This document shows positions 1-12,679 of a stretch of 64,000 nucleotides of DNA, in pieces. The DNA is taken from the NCBI GenBank assembly GCA_964234715.1, contig OZ174276.1; one strand, written 5' to 3'. How positions within the stretch are numbered: the first letter of the stretch is position 1; the number at the start of each line of letters is the position of its first letter. Below the pieces are notes generated by a model, which was given only the letters and a program-made list of their open reading frames with translations, had not been told where the DNA came from and ran no database searches. The DNA is from Podarcis melisellensis. Its lineage: Eukaryota. Made by a program: the position numbers and the translations under genes.

Positions 1-157
1 TTGAAAATGCTTAGGCTCCAGCTAGAAAGCTGTGTCTGTTTCTGGCCACCCTGATTTAGGAAATTAAGGAGCAGATTTTGGAACTCCAGTTGGGCAGAGT
101 TCCAGAATGTATGGGAAGCCTGAATAACATAGAGATCTGTGCGCACAGGCTTCCTTT

Positions 158-3093
158 TTTTTTCCAACATAATTTTTATTGATTTGCATGGATCAAAATA
201 CAAAACTATAATATTCCACTTAATGTTTACATAGTTTACAAAGTGACTTCCTTCAACCTTTCCACAAATCATCCGTGTTAATAAAAGCCAATAGTTCCGC
301 ATTTCTTCTTTTGTAGTGCCGTTGATCATTCTGGTTCCTCTGTTTTCCTTTAGACAGTACCCTATGCTTCTTACAGAGCTCCCTTAAAACCCACTAGTGT
401 TATCTGACCATCGCTTAGATTTTCCAGATATTCCGTAAAACTTTCCCAATCTTTTATAAACCTCTGGTCTTTTATATATCTGATTTTCCCTGTCATCTTA
501 TCCATCTCCACGTAGTCTAATAATTTTGATCTCCATTCCTCTATTGTCGGCAAACCCTCTAATTTCCAGTTTTTGGCTAACAGGACCCTTGCTGCCGTTG
601 TTGCGTACTGGAACAGCTTATAGTCTTTCCTTTTTATCTCCTTTCCTACCAATCCCAGCAGGAATGCCTCGGGTTTTTTAACAAAAGTATAACTTAAGAT
701 TTTCTTTATTTCATTATACACACTCTCCCAAAACCCTTTAACCTTTTGGCATTCCCACCACATATGGTAGAATGTCCCCTCCCTTTCCTTGCACTTCCAG
801 CATTTGTTACAGGATCCGTACATTCTGGCTAGTTTGATGGGAGTCATATACCAGCGGTAAAACATTTTCATTAAATTTTCCTTAAGTGACACACAAGCCA
901 TAAACTTAAGATGTTGTTTCCATAGTTTTTCCCACTCTTCAAAATAGATGTTACGGCCAAAATCTTTGGCCCAGTGTGTCATTACCGACTTAACTTCCTC
1001 GTCAATTAGGTTCCAGTCCAGTAACTGATTGTACATTTTAGACAGAGTTTTTGTATTATTTTCCAGGATCTCAGTTTGGAATCTAGAGTTTTTGTCAACG
1101 TATCCTTTATCTTTGAAATCTTTCCTAAACATATCATTTGTCTGGAAGTAATGGAGCCAATCATAAACTTGGTCTTTGACCTGCTCATACGGCCTCATTT
1201 TCCACTTTCCTTCCTTTTTCATTAACAGTTGTTCGTATGTGGCCCAGTTAGCCCTCATATTGGTCTTTTTAACGGACATAACTTCTAATGGTGACAGCCA
1301 GTGGGGTGTTTTAGGTTCTAGCACGTCTTTGTACCTTTCCCATACCTCAATCAGTGGGCCCCTGAATATGTGGTTTCCGAATTCCTTGTGCGATCTCTTC
1401 CGCCCGTGCCACAGGTAGGCGTGCCACCCGAATCGGTTATCATGACCTTCTAAGTCCAGCACTTCTCTATCCTCCAGATTAATCCATGTCTTTACCCAGC
1501 ATAGGCAAGATGCCTCATAGTATAGTTTCAAATCTGGCAGGGCGAAGCCTCCCCTTTCCTTCACATCTGTCAACAATTTAAATTTTATTCTGGGTTTCTT
1601 CCCCTGCCAGATAAATTTTGAAATCTCCCTATGCCAGACTTTGAATATCCTAGTACCTTTAATCACGGGGATATTTTGGAAAAGAAATAATATTCTTGGA
1701 AGTACGGACATTTTGATTGTGGCTATTCTACCCCAAAATGACAATCTGAGCCTGCCCCACGTTTCTATGTCTTTTTTAATTCCTTTCCATACTGTTTCAT
1801 AGTTGTTTTTAAATAAGTCTATATTTTTTGGCGTTACCCATACTCCTAGGTATTTCACCTTCTTAGTCACCTCTAGTTCCGTTTCTCTTTGTAATTCTTC
1901 AACTTTGTCCTTGTACATGTTCTTAACTATCATTTTTGTTTTCCTTTTGTTAAGTTTAAAACCCGCTATTTTACCAAATTGGTTGAATTCTTCGAGCACC
2001 TCTTTTATTGAGTCTAATGGATCCTCCAATGTTACCACCAGGTCGTCCGCGAAAGCTTTGATTTTATATTCGTTCTGACCTACCCTTACTCCTTTTATTT
2101 TTTTGTTGTCTCTTATAGAATTAAGTAAGACCTCTAACACCATTACAAACAATAAAGGGGACAGTGGGCATCCCTGTCTTGTTCCTTTAGTTACTGTTAT
2201 TTCTTCAGTCTCTACATTGTTTATTATGAGTCTTGCCTTCTGTTCTGTGTAGATGGCTCTTATCCCATTATAAAATTTGGTGCCCACCTCCATATATTCC
2301 AATTGTTTCAGCAGGAAATCCCAGATTACATTATCGAACGCTTTTTTGGCGTCCACAAATAACAACACACCTTGTTTATCGCACTTATCTGTTAAGTATT
2401 CTATGATGTTTATTATGTTTCTTGTGTTGTCTTTCATTTGCCTGCCCGGCAAAAAGCCGGCTTGGTCTTTGTGTATACTTTCTATCAGATTGTCCTTTAA
2501 TCTCTTTGCTAGGATTCCCGCAAAGATCTTGTAGTCTATATTTAGCAGGGAAATCGGTCTATAGTTTTTAATTTGCTGTAAATCTGAGTCTTGTTTGGGA
2601 ATTAATGTGATCAATGCTTCCTTCCACGTCTCTGGTAGTTCTCTTTCTTTGAGGATGTTATTCATTACTTCTTGCAATGGGGTCAGTAGAGCTGGTTCCA
2701 TCTCCTTATAATATCTACCAGTAAACCCATCTGGGCCTGGAGCTTTCCCATTTTTTAAATTTTTAATTGTTGCTTTGATTTCTTCTATCTCAATTAGAGC
2801 GTTTAGCTTCTCTTTTTCTGCTGAGGAGATCTTGTTGATGTTCTTAGCTTTTAAATATCTCTCTATTTTTCTCATGTTATTCCTTTCTGTGTTTTTAAAG
2901 AGTCCTCTGTAAAAATCCAAAAAGGCCTTCCTTATTTCTTTGGGCTTGCTTATCTCTTCTCCTTCCACCTCAATTTTATTTATTGTATTCTGCTCCTTCC
3001 TTTTTTTTAATTGCCAGGCTAATAACTTCCCTGATTTATTAGCGTACTCGAAGTTCCTTTGTCTTAATTTTTTAACTTTGTCTTAATTTTTTA
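158..3093 (-). mobile_element. 5'-truncated L1 LINE (copy A), young
   Basis: 13-bp TSD acaggcttccttt at 145-157 and 3094-3106; AATAAA on minus strand at 175-180 followed by a short A tail; uninterrupted ORF2 remnant. Confidence 0.95.
371..3073 (-). pseudogene. L1 ORF2 remnant: RT plus C-terminal CCHC region, endonuclease domain lost by truncation
   Basis: ORF 371..2968 stays open to the truncation point (KKLRQRNFEYANKSGKLLAWQLKKRK...). Motifs GPDG, RPISLLN, QGCPLSP, FADD, CWKC..HMWWEC. DAKKAFD replaces the DAEKAFD of copy B, plausibly by CpG decay. Confidence 0.93.
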
Positions 3094-3399
3094 ACAGGCT
3101 TCCTTTGCAAGTCTCCACCACATTAAATAGAAATGAGTGGCTGATGGGGCAGGGCCAAGGAGCTGTGTGAACTATGGGGTGGGCCAGAAGCTCAGTCCCA
3201 CAACTGCTTTGTGCAATTCATGTGATGAAGTAGGCTACAACAGTCTGGATCTCCTAACTCCCCACCATAGGAATCCAATGATCTGGCACAGGGGCAAAGG
3301 AAAGGCAACATGTCATGGTGCAAAGTAAGTTCTCCTAGCTGGTAATGGGGGGAGGAGGGTAAATTGGATGTATGACTACCACTGTTGGAAGCCGAGCTG

Positions 3400-3860
3400 C
3401 ATGTTGGACTAAATGGCCCTTGGGGTCCTTTCCAACTTTATGATTCTGTGTGTACCGTCATGTCTTGTTTGGCCTTGAGTTGCTGCTATACTGGGCATGG
3501 TTAGCTGAAATAAGATGGAGAGCTTATGGTGGAAGTTTTTCAAATGTCTAAAAGACTACCATAAAAAAGATGGAGGATAATTGTTTCCAAGAGACCCTAA
3601 TAGAAGGACAAGAAACAATGCCTTCATGTTCCAGCAACACAGATTTAGTCTGGGTAACAGGAAACTCTTAACTGTAAAAACAATTTAGCAATGAAAAATG
3701 TTGCTCAAGGAAGTGATGGAATCCCCAGAGGCGATGAAAGAGAAACCAGAGAAGCATCTGACGGGAAGGATTTAATTCTGAAGAATTTAGCTATTTCAGG
3801 GTGTTGGATTCAATGACTCTTGTGGAATCTTTCCAATTCAATGGCCATATAGTTCTATGA
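3400..3860 (+). mobile_element. Degraded CR1 LINE 3' fragments
   Basis: ttggactaaatggcccttggggtcctttccaac...attctgtg and ...ttccaattc...ttctatga resemble CR1 3' termini (ATTCTRTG); the intervening sequence resembles the CR1 RT C-terminus. Confidence 0.65.
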
Positions 3861-3937
3861 AAATGAAAAAGAACAATAATCTATACAACAGAGGCTACAC
3901 TTGAAATATGCTATCGAGACTAAACTTGATATATGAT

Positions 3938-4012
3938 TTCATAGAATCATAGAATCTTAGAACTGGAAGGGACCCAAGGGTTATCCAGCCCAGCCCCCTT
4001 CAATTCAGGAGT
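3938..4012 (-). mobile_element. CR1 3' end
   Basis: tcatagaatcatagaatc...gaactggaagggacc is the reverse complement of the (ATTCTATG)n CR1 tail. Confidence 0.75.
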
Positions 4013-4517
4013 CCCTGAAAGCACTTATTACTATTTCAGATAAAAATATTAAGGTGAGTTATCTTTTGAGGGGGCAAGGTGTTTGCCAGTGTCTGTTGCA
4101 CTGGCATCCTGTGAACAGCATCTAAAATGCACATATCCCATACGATAATTCCATGTGTTCTCTGATGTATGCACATGTATTCTGCATTTCTGAAGAACTC
4201 ATGTCAATGCAACCACAGGGCAAAAAAGGAATGAGCGGGAAAACTGAGATAATGGGAGAGCTGTCCTGGGAGAAAGAGTTCAGCCTGCTTTGAAGCTTCC
4301 ACTCACTGAACCCACTACTAGTTCAAAATGATGGATTACAGGCAAGTGGAAGGAGGTCCTTTACAATATGTGCAAGGACCTGCAGTGAATTACAAAAGCT
4401 GTTGACAATATGGTGCAGGATGCTGCCTTAGGAAACTAAAAGGAACATTTATTTATTTATTATCAGCATTTATTCATCATTTTCTGCAAAGATGGCTCAA
4501 AACATCTTAAAGACCTT

Positions 4518-4871
4518 AGGTAAAGGTAAAGGGGCTCCTGACCATTAGGTCCAGTCATGGCCGACTCTGGGGTTACGGCGCTCATCTCACTTTATTGGCT
4601 GAGGGAGCTGGCGTACAGCTTCCGGGTCATGTGGCCAGCATGACTAAGCCGGTTCTGGCGAACCAGAGCAGTGCACAGAAACACCGTTTACCTTCCCGCC
4701 GGAGCGGTACCTATTTATCTACTTGCACTTTGATGTTAGGTTGTGCTAGGTTGGCAGGAGCAGGGACCGAACAACAGGAGCTCCCCCCCCCTTGCAGGGA
4801 TTCGAACCGCCGACCTTCTGATTGGCAAGTCCTAGGCTCTGTGGTTTAACCCACAGCACCACTCGCGTCCC
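4518..4871 (-). mobile_element. Sauria SINE
   Basis: Reverse complement starts gggacgcgagtggtgctgtgggttaaacc and ends in (ACCTTT)n; imperfect TSD cttaaagacctt / cttaaaaggcctt; same family as the copies at 19401 and 48732. Confidence 0.92.
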
Positions 4872-5077
4872 CTTAAAAGGCCTTGCTTACCCCATATTAA
4901 GAAAGCATGACCTAGAATACCGATGGCTAATCTGGATGGCTTTAAAAGGGGATTAGATGGATTCATGGTGGATAAGGCTGTCAATGGCCTCTGGTCATGA
5001 TATATTATCTCCAATATCCCAGCCCTCTATGCCTCTGAATCTCCAACAACATTCAGATACAATATCAGTTGTAAGCA

Positions 5078-5468
5078 CAGGAGTCAACTCCAGGGGGCTG
5101 TGGGTGCTTGGGCACTCGCAATATTATAATTGTGGCGGCCAGGCACCCACAACGTCAATGAACAAAGCCAGCAGAGAGAGGCAGGCAGCCAACCTCTGTA
5201 TGGCTGCCTCCGAGAGAGAAGCAGTTTAGCTCTTCCCTCTGCAACTAGCAAGTGAGGCACCCTTTTCCAGATGTGGAGGCAGACGCAGAAAAGGGTGCCT
5301 TGCTGGCGGTACAGAAGGAGGAAGAGGAGCCCATGGCATTGCCCCATGGATGTGAAACACAATGTGTTCGATGTCACACATACTACATGCAGGTGTGTGC
5401 GTGTGACGTCTTACGTCCATGTTATGTCAGTGGGCACCCACACTCCTGAGGGCAAGATGGCACCCCTG
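5078..5468. mobile_element. Non-autonomous DNA transposon (MITE)
   Basis: Imperfect TIRs caggagt...acccctg, internal hairpin aggcacccttttc/gaaaagggtgcct, flanking direct repeat gttgtaagca/gttgtaaaca. Confidence 0.6.
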
Positions 5469-7257
5469 GTTGTAAACATTTGTACAAGCAACAGGTTTTA
5501 ATTCCTGGGGAAATGGTCTTCTCAGTGGTGGCACCCTGCCCTCTCTAGAAAGGTTCACCTGATACCTACCTTGATGTCCTTTTGGCAACAGTCAAAGGCG
5601 GTTTTGGTTTTTTTGGGGTAAGTTTCCTAGGCCTTCGGTCTGCTCCAGTTCTCACCAGTTTTATCTGTGCCACTTGTTTTTATGGTGAGCCTATTTGATT
5701 GTATGCATTTTAAATTAATTTGCTTCTATTTTGTGTTAAGAAAGGACATTGGCCTTACATGCCATTCATTCCATGGCATGTTGAGGACTTGCAATCATAA
5801 TACCATGGAGTTGCCATGTGTGGTATTGTCGTATCTTTAGTGTCCTGTGGTCCATCTGCCAAGACAAGCTGAAGTTGCCCCCAGAAGCTGAAAGCACCTC
5901 ACCTTTCCCCTTCTATCCATTCTGATTCCTCCCTCCCGTCACGTCTGTTACAAGGCTTTGTGTCTAATTAAGGCACATTGTCCAGCCAATTGGGAAGAAG
6001 GAACTAGCTGGAGCTGTTTTACAAATAGAAACAATCCTTGTTCATTATCCCTTAATTGAGGCAACAAAAAGGTGCTGGAAAACATCCATCAGAGGCACAT
6101 TCATGTACATCGTTGGAGGGGATTGGATTTAGGAACTCACAAAAGGAACATCAAATGTTCCAATCAAGAGTTATACAGGCAACAGCGAAACAAAGACTTG
6201 GAGACACAAATACATCAGAATTAGCCCAATTACAGATTATATGTTTCCGGAAAACACATTCTTTGGCTTTCATCCAAGATTTTTAAAGCATACTTTCTTT
6301 CTTCCTTTTATAGTCACAGCACAAAAAGTTGATGCTGTTTGTTTCTCCTTCATTACCTCCAGATGCGTTTTCATTGGGCAAATATGTAAACCAGCCTCAA
6401 AGATAGCTAAGAATGAGGTAACATAATGCCAACCAGAAAACTCTTGCTCAGATTTGAACTACAGCTATTTTGAGGAACAGAAAATTTGGTTTATCTTTTC
6501 TTTCCCATCGTTTTGTTGTTGGCTTTGTTTTCTATTCTAAAATAAAATGAAATATTTTAAGAATGTTTACGTTTCAGCTACAAGCAGGCACCATAAGAAT
6601 GAGCTGATTTGTGGAGAATGTTGAGGAAGATTGCCAGCAGTAGAAGTATAGGAAGAATCAATTCAAATGTAAAATAAAAAAGAAAACAAGTCCTTACAGG
6701 ATCTGATTTGGCTGTTCTTCATCCTGGAGTAATTCTATTGATTTAGCCTTTTGCTCATTCCGTGGGCAAAGGTGGCAATTGTTTGTGTTATGTCTGGAGA
6801 AAATATCACCCCGCAGTTCAATCACTAGGTGGTACTATCATTAATTGTTGTTGTAGGTTGGACAAAGCTGGAATTCCCTTCTGATCTGTATTTCCCGTTA
6901 TTTAAGACAGCCTTCCCCAACTTGGTGCCCTCCAGACTGCAACTCCCATCACCTCTGTTCATTGGCCACATTGGCTGGAAGTTGTAGTCCAAAATAACTG
7001 GACAGCACCAGCACTTGTTCTCAAAGATTTCCAGTATGAATATACATATTCATGTTGCTTTCCCTAATAAAAAGCAAGTAGCCCTCCTGGTTTGTGAGAA
7101 AAGTTTGAAAGTATGCAGGCTTTCTCTACTAATGGATCAGAATAAAAAAAAAATCAAGAAAATGGGGAGTAGGGGTACCTTCCTGCTTCCTGTAGTTTGC
7201 TTATCTTCCTGCTTTTCCCACTGAAATTAGTTCCTGTATCTTTTCCTCTATTTGCCT

Positions 7258-7393
7258 CAGGCTTCCTCAACCTCGGCCCTCCAGATGTTTTGAGACTACA
7301 ATTCCCATAATCCCTGACCACTGGTCCTGCTAGCTAGGGATCATGGGAGTTGTAGGCCACAAACACCTGGAGGGCTGAGGTTGAGGAAGCCTA
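7258..7393. mobile_element. Palindromic hAT-type MITE (related copies near 6908-7010, 8762-8865, 30465-30582, 36090-36160)
   Basis: caggcttcctcaacctcggccctccag...ctggagggctgaggttgaggaagccta is a near-perfect inverted repeat with an actacaattcccat core; degenerate 8-bp flanks atttgcct/ttctgcct. Confidence 0.8.
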
Positions 7394-9224
7394 TTCTGCC
7401 TGGTTTCCAGTTCCTCAGTTCCCTTTATTTCCCCCCCTACACTATGCCAAAATGTATTCAAATATATTTGTGTTTGCTATCACTATCCCATTTTCAGGCC
7501 ATTTTTGCGGGGTGGGTGGTATGGAATAATGTTTTCCCCTTCTGCCGCTGCTGCCACATGTGCACTGGGAGGTAGCAGGGGGTCCATCAAACCCCTTTCC
7601 CCTCCTTGAGCAAGGTATGTGCCTACCATGTATCAGCTGTTCTTGGCCCAGCTAGTTTGCGCACTGCCTACATGCCGTGGGCTTTGTGGTGAGCTTGGCA
7701 TGGATGGGAAGGCAGTGGTGGTGGTAGCAGCAGCTATAGTCATTAGGGTTGATGGAAGTGGGGAGTTGAATTGAGGGGGAAACCCACACGCTTATGTCAA
7801 CTGTCCTGCTTGGCTAAGATGCTCCTGCCTCCTTCTCTTCATGGAAACGAACATGTTTAAAAAGACGGTGGGGAGGCTGATTCAAAGTGTGGTTTGCATT
7901 GCATTGTTATTTTGCTTGCTGTTATGCTATGCATTTTTTTATGTTTTTATATTGTAAACTGCCCTGTGATCCTTGGATCAAGGGCAGTATAGAAATTTAA
8001 TAAATTTAATAAATAAATGACTGAGGTGTCATCTTAGTGAGCTGAGCTGGGGAGCCCAGTAATGCAAGAGCAATGGGCAGAGCGGATTTTGGTCTTTCAA
8101 ATTCCAGCGGCACCCTATGTGAGCCCAAAATTTGGTGCCCTGCTCTCCTCCTCTCGCCTTCCGTTCTGTGCATGTAAAATATCAATAATCCACAAGTTCT
8201 ACCTTTCTTTTTCCAAAAAAAAAAAAAGCTTTAAAGAGAAGAGTAATTTCTCATGATCCAGAAACTCAAGCTGTACTGGTAATAATGTGCTGTTTGCACA
8301 CCACCCCAATGTTTTGTGAGAGAGCGGTATATAAATACTTTGGTAAATAAAAATATATTTATAATGAAATGTTAACATATGACTTTTCAGTTGGAGAAGG
8401 AATTAACACTGAATCATATTTAGCAATGGACACTTGCTTTTTTTCCGAATACTTATTAAAAGAGAAGATTAAAATATGTAATGGTATGCATAAAATTCAT
8501 TTTTTTAAAATTAAAAAATGCCACTGTTATCAACATTATCAGCTGCAGTAGCGCTGTGATAAGCTGAAGTGTAAGTATTTAGCATATTATAATCACGACC
8601 TTTTTGCACATGTTTCATATTTTACAGCAGAACTACGCATTGTACAATTAACAAAAGCCAGAAGGTTGGTCCTCCTATGGAAAAGGTGCTTCTGGAAGGA
8701 GTGATTTGGTGCAAGAAAGAAGCACTCATCCTCTCCGCCCCCCTTCTTGGTGTGTAGACTAAGTGTGGGGTACCCTTGGTCCTCCAGATGCTGCTGAACT
8801 ACAACTCCCAGCAGCCCCAGCAAGCATGGCAACACCTGGAGGGCCAAAGGTTCCCAACACCTGGTGTAGAATGAAGTGATGTTTAACCCAGACTGCCCTC
8901 CCAGCTGTTTGCACCATGTTAGAACTGCATTGGGAGAAGAATTGTGGGAAGTGCAATTTGGAAAGAAGTGATAGTATTTAAAGGCTTAAATACTTTTTCA
9001 GTCCTGTTTTCTGTACCCCTGCTGAAGCTGCTTCCCTCTACGAATAGTAGACTCCTGGATACCCGTTGTGAAGATAAGCCCCGTAACTCTGCTGTAACAT
9101 GAGTTCTGAGGGGACTTATTAACAGTTACATGCAGGGCTTTCTCCCCCCAGCCAGAACTTGCTGGAACTCAGTTCCGGCACCTCTTAGGTGAGCACCATT
9201 GCCATTACAAGAGAACAAGAGAGA

Positions 9225-9466
9225 AAAAGAAGAAGAGTTTGGATTTGATATCCTGCTTTATCACTACCTGAAGGAGTCTCAAAGCGGCTAACATTCTCCT
9301 TTCCCTTCCTCCCCCACAACAAACACTCTGTGAGGCGAGTGGGGCTGAGAGACTTCAGAGAAGTATGACTAGTCCAAGGTCACCCAGCAGCCACATGTGG
9401 AGGAGTGGGGACAAGCACCCAGTTCCCCAGATTACGAGACTACCGCTCTTAACCACTACATCACAC
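9225..9466 (-). mobile_element. tRNA-derived SINE with (CTT)n tail (Squam3-like), inserted in a short MITE at about 9133-9515
   Basis: Reverse complement of the family at 57919: gtgatgtagtggttaagagc head with A box, gatatcaaatccaaactcttc tail. Confidence 0.8.
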
Positions 9467-10803
9467 AGAGGTGTTCATGGTGAGTTCCAGACCTCTTTCT
9501 CTAGAAAAATGACACATGCTCATATGTGCAACAAGAGATTGAGGAGGGGCCACATCCCAGGCATCTCCGAGGAGAGCCAGCGCTAGTCAGCAAAGACAAT
9601 ACCTCAGTAGATGAGCCAGCTTTCAAAGCAATTAGTCAACTGCAAGTTAAAGGCGTAGCCACCCGGTGTTCTTTAATGTGGTTGAATGAGTCTATTCCTG
9701 AATTATTTAGATTAACTAAATGTAAAAATCAAGTTCCACACAAGCCATTGGGTCACAGAAAAGAAATGCGCCAAAGGGACTGAATTCAGAGCCACACTCC
9801 TTCTCTCTCCTCTGCATTTGAAATGGAATAGTCTCCGGATAACAACCGGAGAGGTTCAGTTCGGTGCAATTCAGGCACATCCTTTCACCTCTCTCTTAAG
9901 GACTCCAAAGTTAAGAGCTAGTTGATGCAGTACATCTGTTGCTGCAGCCTCCCACGTGCAACTGACTCAGGTCTGTGGGGAAGGATCCCCTCAAGGCTTC
10001 TCTCAGCCGTTCCTGCCACAGTTGTGACTTTGACATCCCCCCCCCCCGCACTGTTCCTTGTTTGAAAATCCTTCATGTCTGCTATGGAAAGTTTGCATTG
10101 TGGCTGGGAGTTTGTTGGTTTTTCTTTGGGTGGCGGAGACCTGCAGGCTGTTCTCATTACTTTTTTATTAGCCAATTTGAATACTCATTTAGCCCCACCA
10201 AGCGTGCTGTGGGTTTTAAATTCTTCCTTTGGAGGTGTTTGCGAAGAGTCTGCCCTTGTCGCTCCATGGAAGAGGCCCCATGCAACGTGACTGAAGGTCT
10301 TGCCATGATGCAAGAATTCATGCTGGAACAAAACTGAGAGGGGAAATCGGCATAAGGGTCTGCAGCAAATTTAAGGGGCTTTGTGGACAAAACAGGGAAG
10401 GGAAGCTTTGCTGATTAGTGCAAGAGTGGAAGTAGATCCTGATCAGAAATGAATGGAAGGACCTAAAATCAGATATTGCAAGGGATATGTGTCCCTGTAA
10501 ACATATATCTTCCTATGTGTTTCTCTAAAAATGTCTTAGCAAAACAAACACATACCACGACGTCACCACACATAGCAATTTTTACTCCCAGCTCAGTTTC
10601 ACTGGCTAATGCTTGGAGGGGACAGAGAACTGCTAAACATGATGCTGATACATGGGAGATGTGGGAGCCCTAATGTATAATGAGGCCCTCAGTCACAAGG
10701 CACCAGTTAGTAAACATGGGGGAAATACAGGCACATTTATCACAAAAACACTGTCTAGCTGTTGGTTATTGTGTGGGCTAAAGCAGCCTGTGCATCTGGA
10801 ATA

Positions 10804-11045
10804 CAGTGGTACCTTGGGTTACAAACTCCTTGGGTTACAAACACTTCGGGTTACAGACTCCACTAACCCAGAAGTAGTACCTCGGGTTAAGAACTTTACC
10901 CCAGGATGAGAACAGAAATTGTGTGGCGGCGGCGCAGCGGCATTGGGTGGCCCCATTAGCTAAAGTGGTACCTCAGGTTAAGAACAGTTTCAGGTTAAGA
11001 ACGGACCTCCGGAACAAATTAAGTTAGTAACCAAAGGTACCACTG
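10804..11045. mobile_element. Tc1/mariner (pogo/Tigger-like) MITE
   Basis: TIRs cagtggtacctt...aaggtaccactg flanked by TA dinucleotide TSDs; second copy at 40871. Confidence 0.9.
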
Positions 11046-12679
11046 TACAGGGATTGCAACATATCTGATCTCCTAATGAAACTAGTACATTTCAGTGGGG
11101 AGAATTCTGATTTTAGAAAGATATGTGGTGGCTTTTTGGGACAGAGGATAATTTTGTTCCTTCTGCATTTTTAAGCAAACTGATCCAATTTGCGTGCTCC
11201 CAGACTAATGCACAGATTGGATTGTGTACTTCTCCAAATTTTACAATACAGTTCTTGGTTCCAAAATCCTACCAAAATGATTTAAAATGTGCCACAGGTC
11301 CCCTCATATCTCTCCATTACATATCTTGTTGGAAAGGTTGTAGAATGGAATGACTAAGCCTTTTCAGGTGCAAGTGTTACACTGACACATAGGCCAACCC
11401 TAAAAGCTGGTGTGGCCAAAGTAGAAGAGTATTGTTCTCAGTACTGTATTCCTATGCAAACAGTCAGCAAAATTACTTTAAACCACGAAAGAACAAGAAA
11501 ATGAGCACATTTGAAGGGAGTGGGGGGTTCCAAAAACCCTTTTGGAACTGCAATATTACAGCTGGATACTCACGAGAGCAGCCAGTAACTAACACACAAA
11601 CCATGAACACACAAGCTTCTGGCATCAAAGTATCACAGCAGGGAAGCTATGCGAGCAGTCAGAAATTTGTGTTATATATATATATGGATATGGTTATATG
11701 GGAGTGGGTGGGCTTGGAGGCTATAAAAATCCTTTTAGCATCATGACATCACATTGAGGGGCCATAAGAGCGGTCAATAAAAATAAAATAAACACACACA
11801 CAGAGACAAATAGGTTTAATAAGAATTTTAAAACTACTGCTGGTATTGACAAAACTATGTGACTGTGCAATATTAGCTGATTACCAGTAGCTGAATTCCA
11901 GATTGGCTGACCTCCAGATAAGATATAGCCAACTTAACACAATCCGATAGGTAAACAAACTCTGATCTGCATGCTAATCTGGACAGCTCAGATTAAGGCA
12001 CTTCAAATACAAATTTGCAAAGATTTAATTCCCCAAGCATTCAAAATTCTCTCTAATAAAAAACAAAAACAAACCCTGACGATTTGCCCATCCGAGTAAC
12101 TCACCAGAAGGACTAATGAACAACAAAGGGGATGTAGATAAAGAGGAATATAAAAGGCAACTGTGAAGATCCACTGATTTTGAGTTTATTCCCCCATGGA
12201 GCCTGAAGTATTTAAGGAACCCCTTCTGCAGGATAGCCCCACAGCAATCCTCTGGATAGGGGTCAAGGCACATCCAATGCTGTAAGTTATTCTGTGGTCT
12301 CTCAGTATTTTATTTCCTTGGGGTAGCAGTCTAACTGCTTTCAGGCTAGCTGAGCTGACTCTGTCCCTTTCCCTCTCCACAAATGCACACACACACATGC
12401 ACACACACAGAGAAAATTACTCCAATCCGTCCTCAAGTATATTGGTTGCTATTGTACACTCATTTACCAATGAAATGCCTGACTATAGACTAATGCTTTA
12501 GCCTGCGGTCTAGGTAAGAGCTCGTTTATTTGTTGGGCCCTTCAAAGATAAGATGATGTTGTATTTGTACATTCTTTCAGCGCTCACATTAGAGGCAGGT
12601 TAACAAGCATTTGCCCATTTTGCCAGGTTCAAAGAAGGGAGACAGCAGGACATTGCAGCAGACAAAGGATACAGGTCCC

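Noticed and set aside
11640-12470. Another LTR-like segment
   Set aside because: No defined TG...CA ends or TSD could be fixed.
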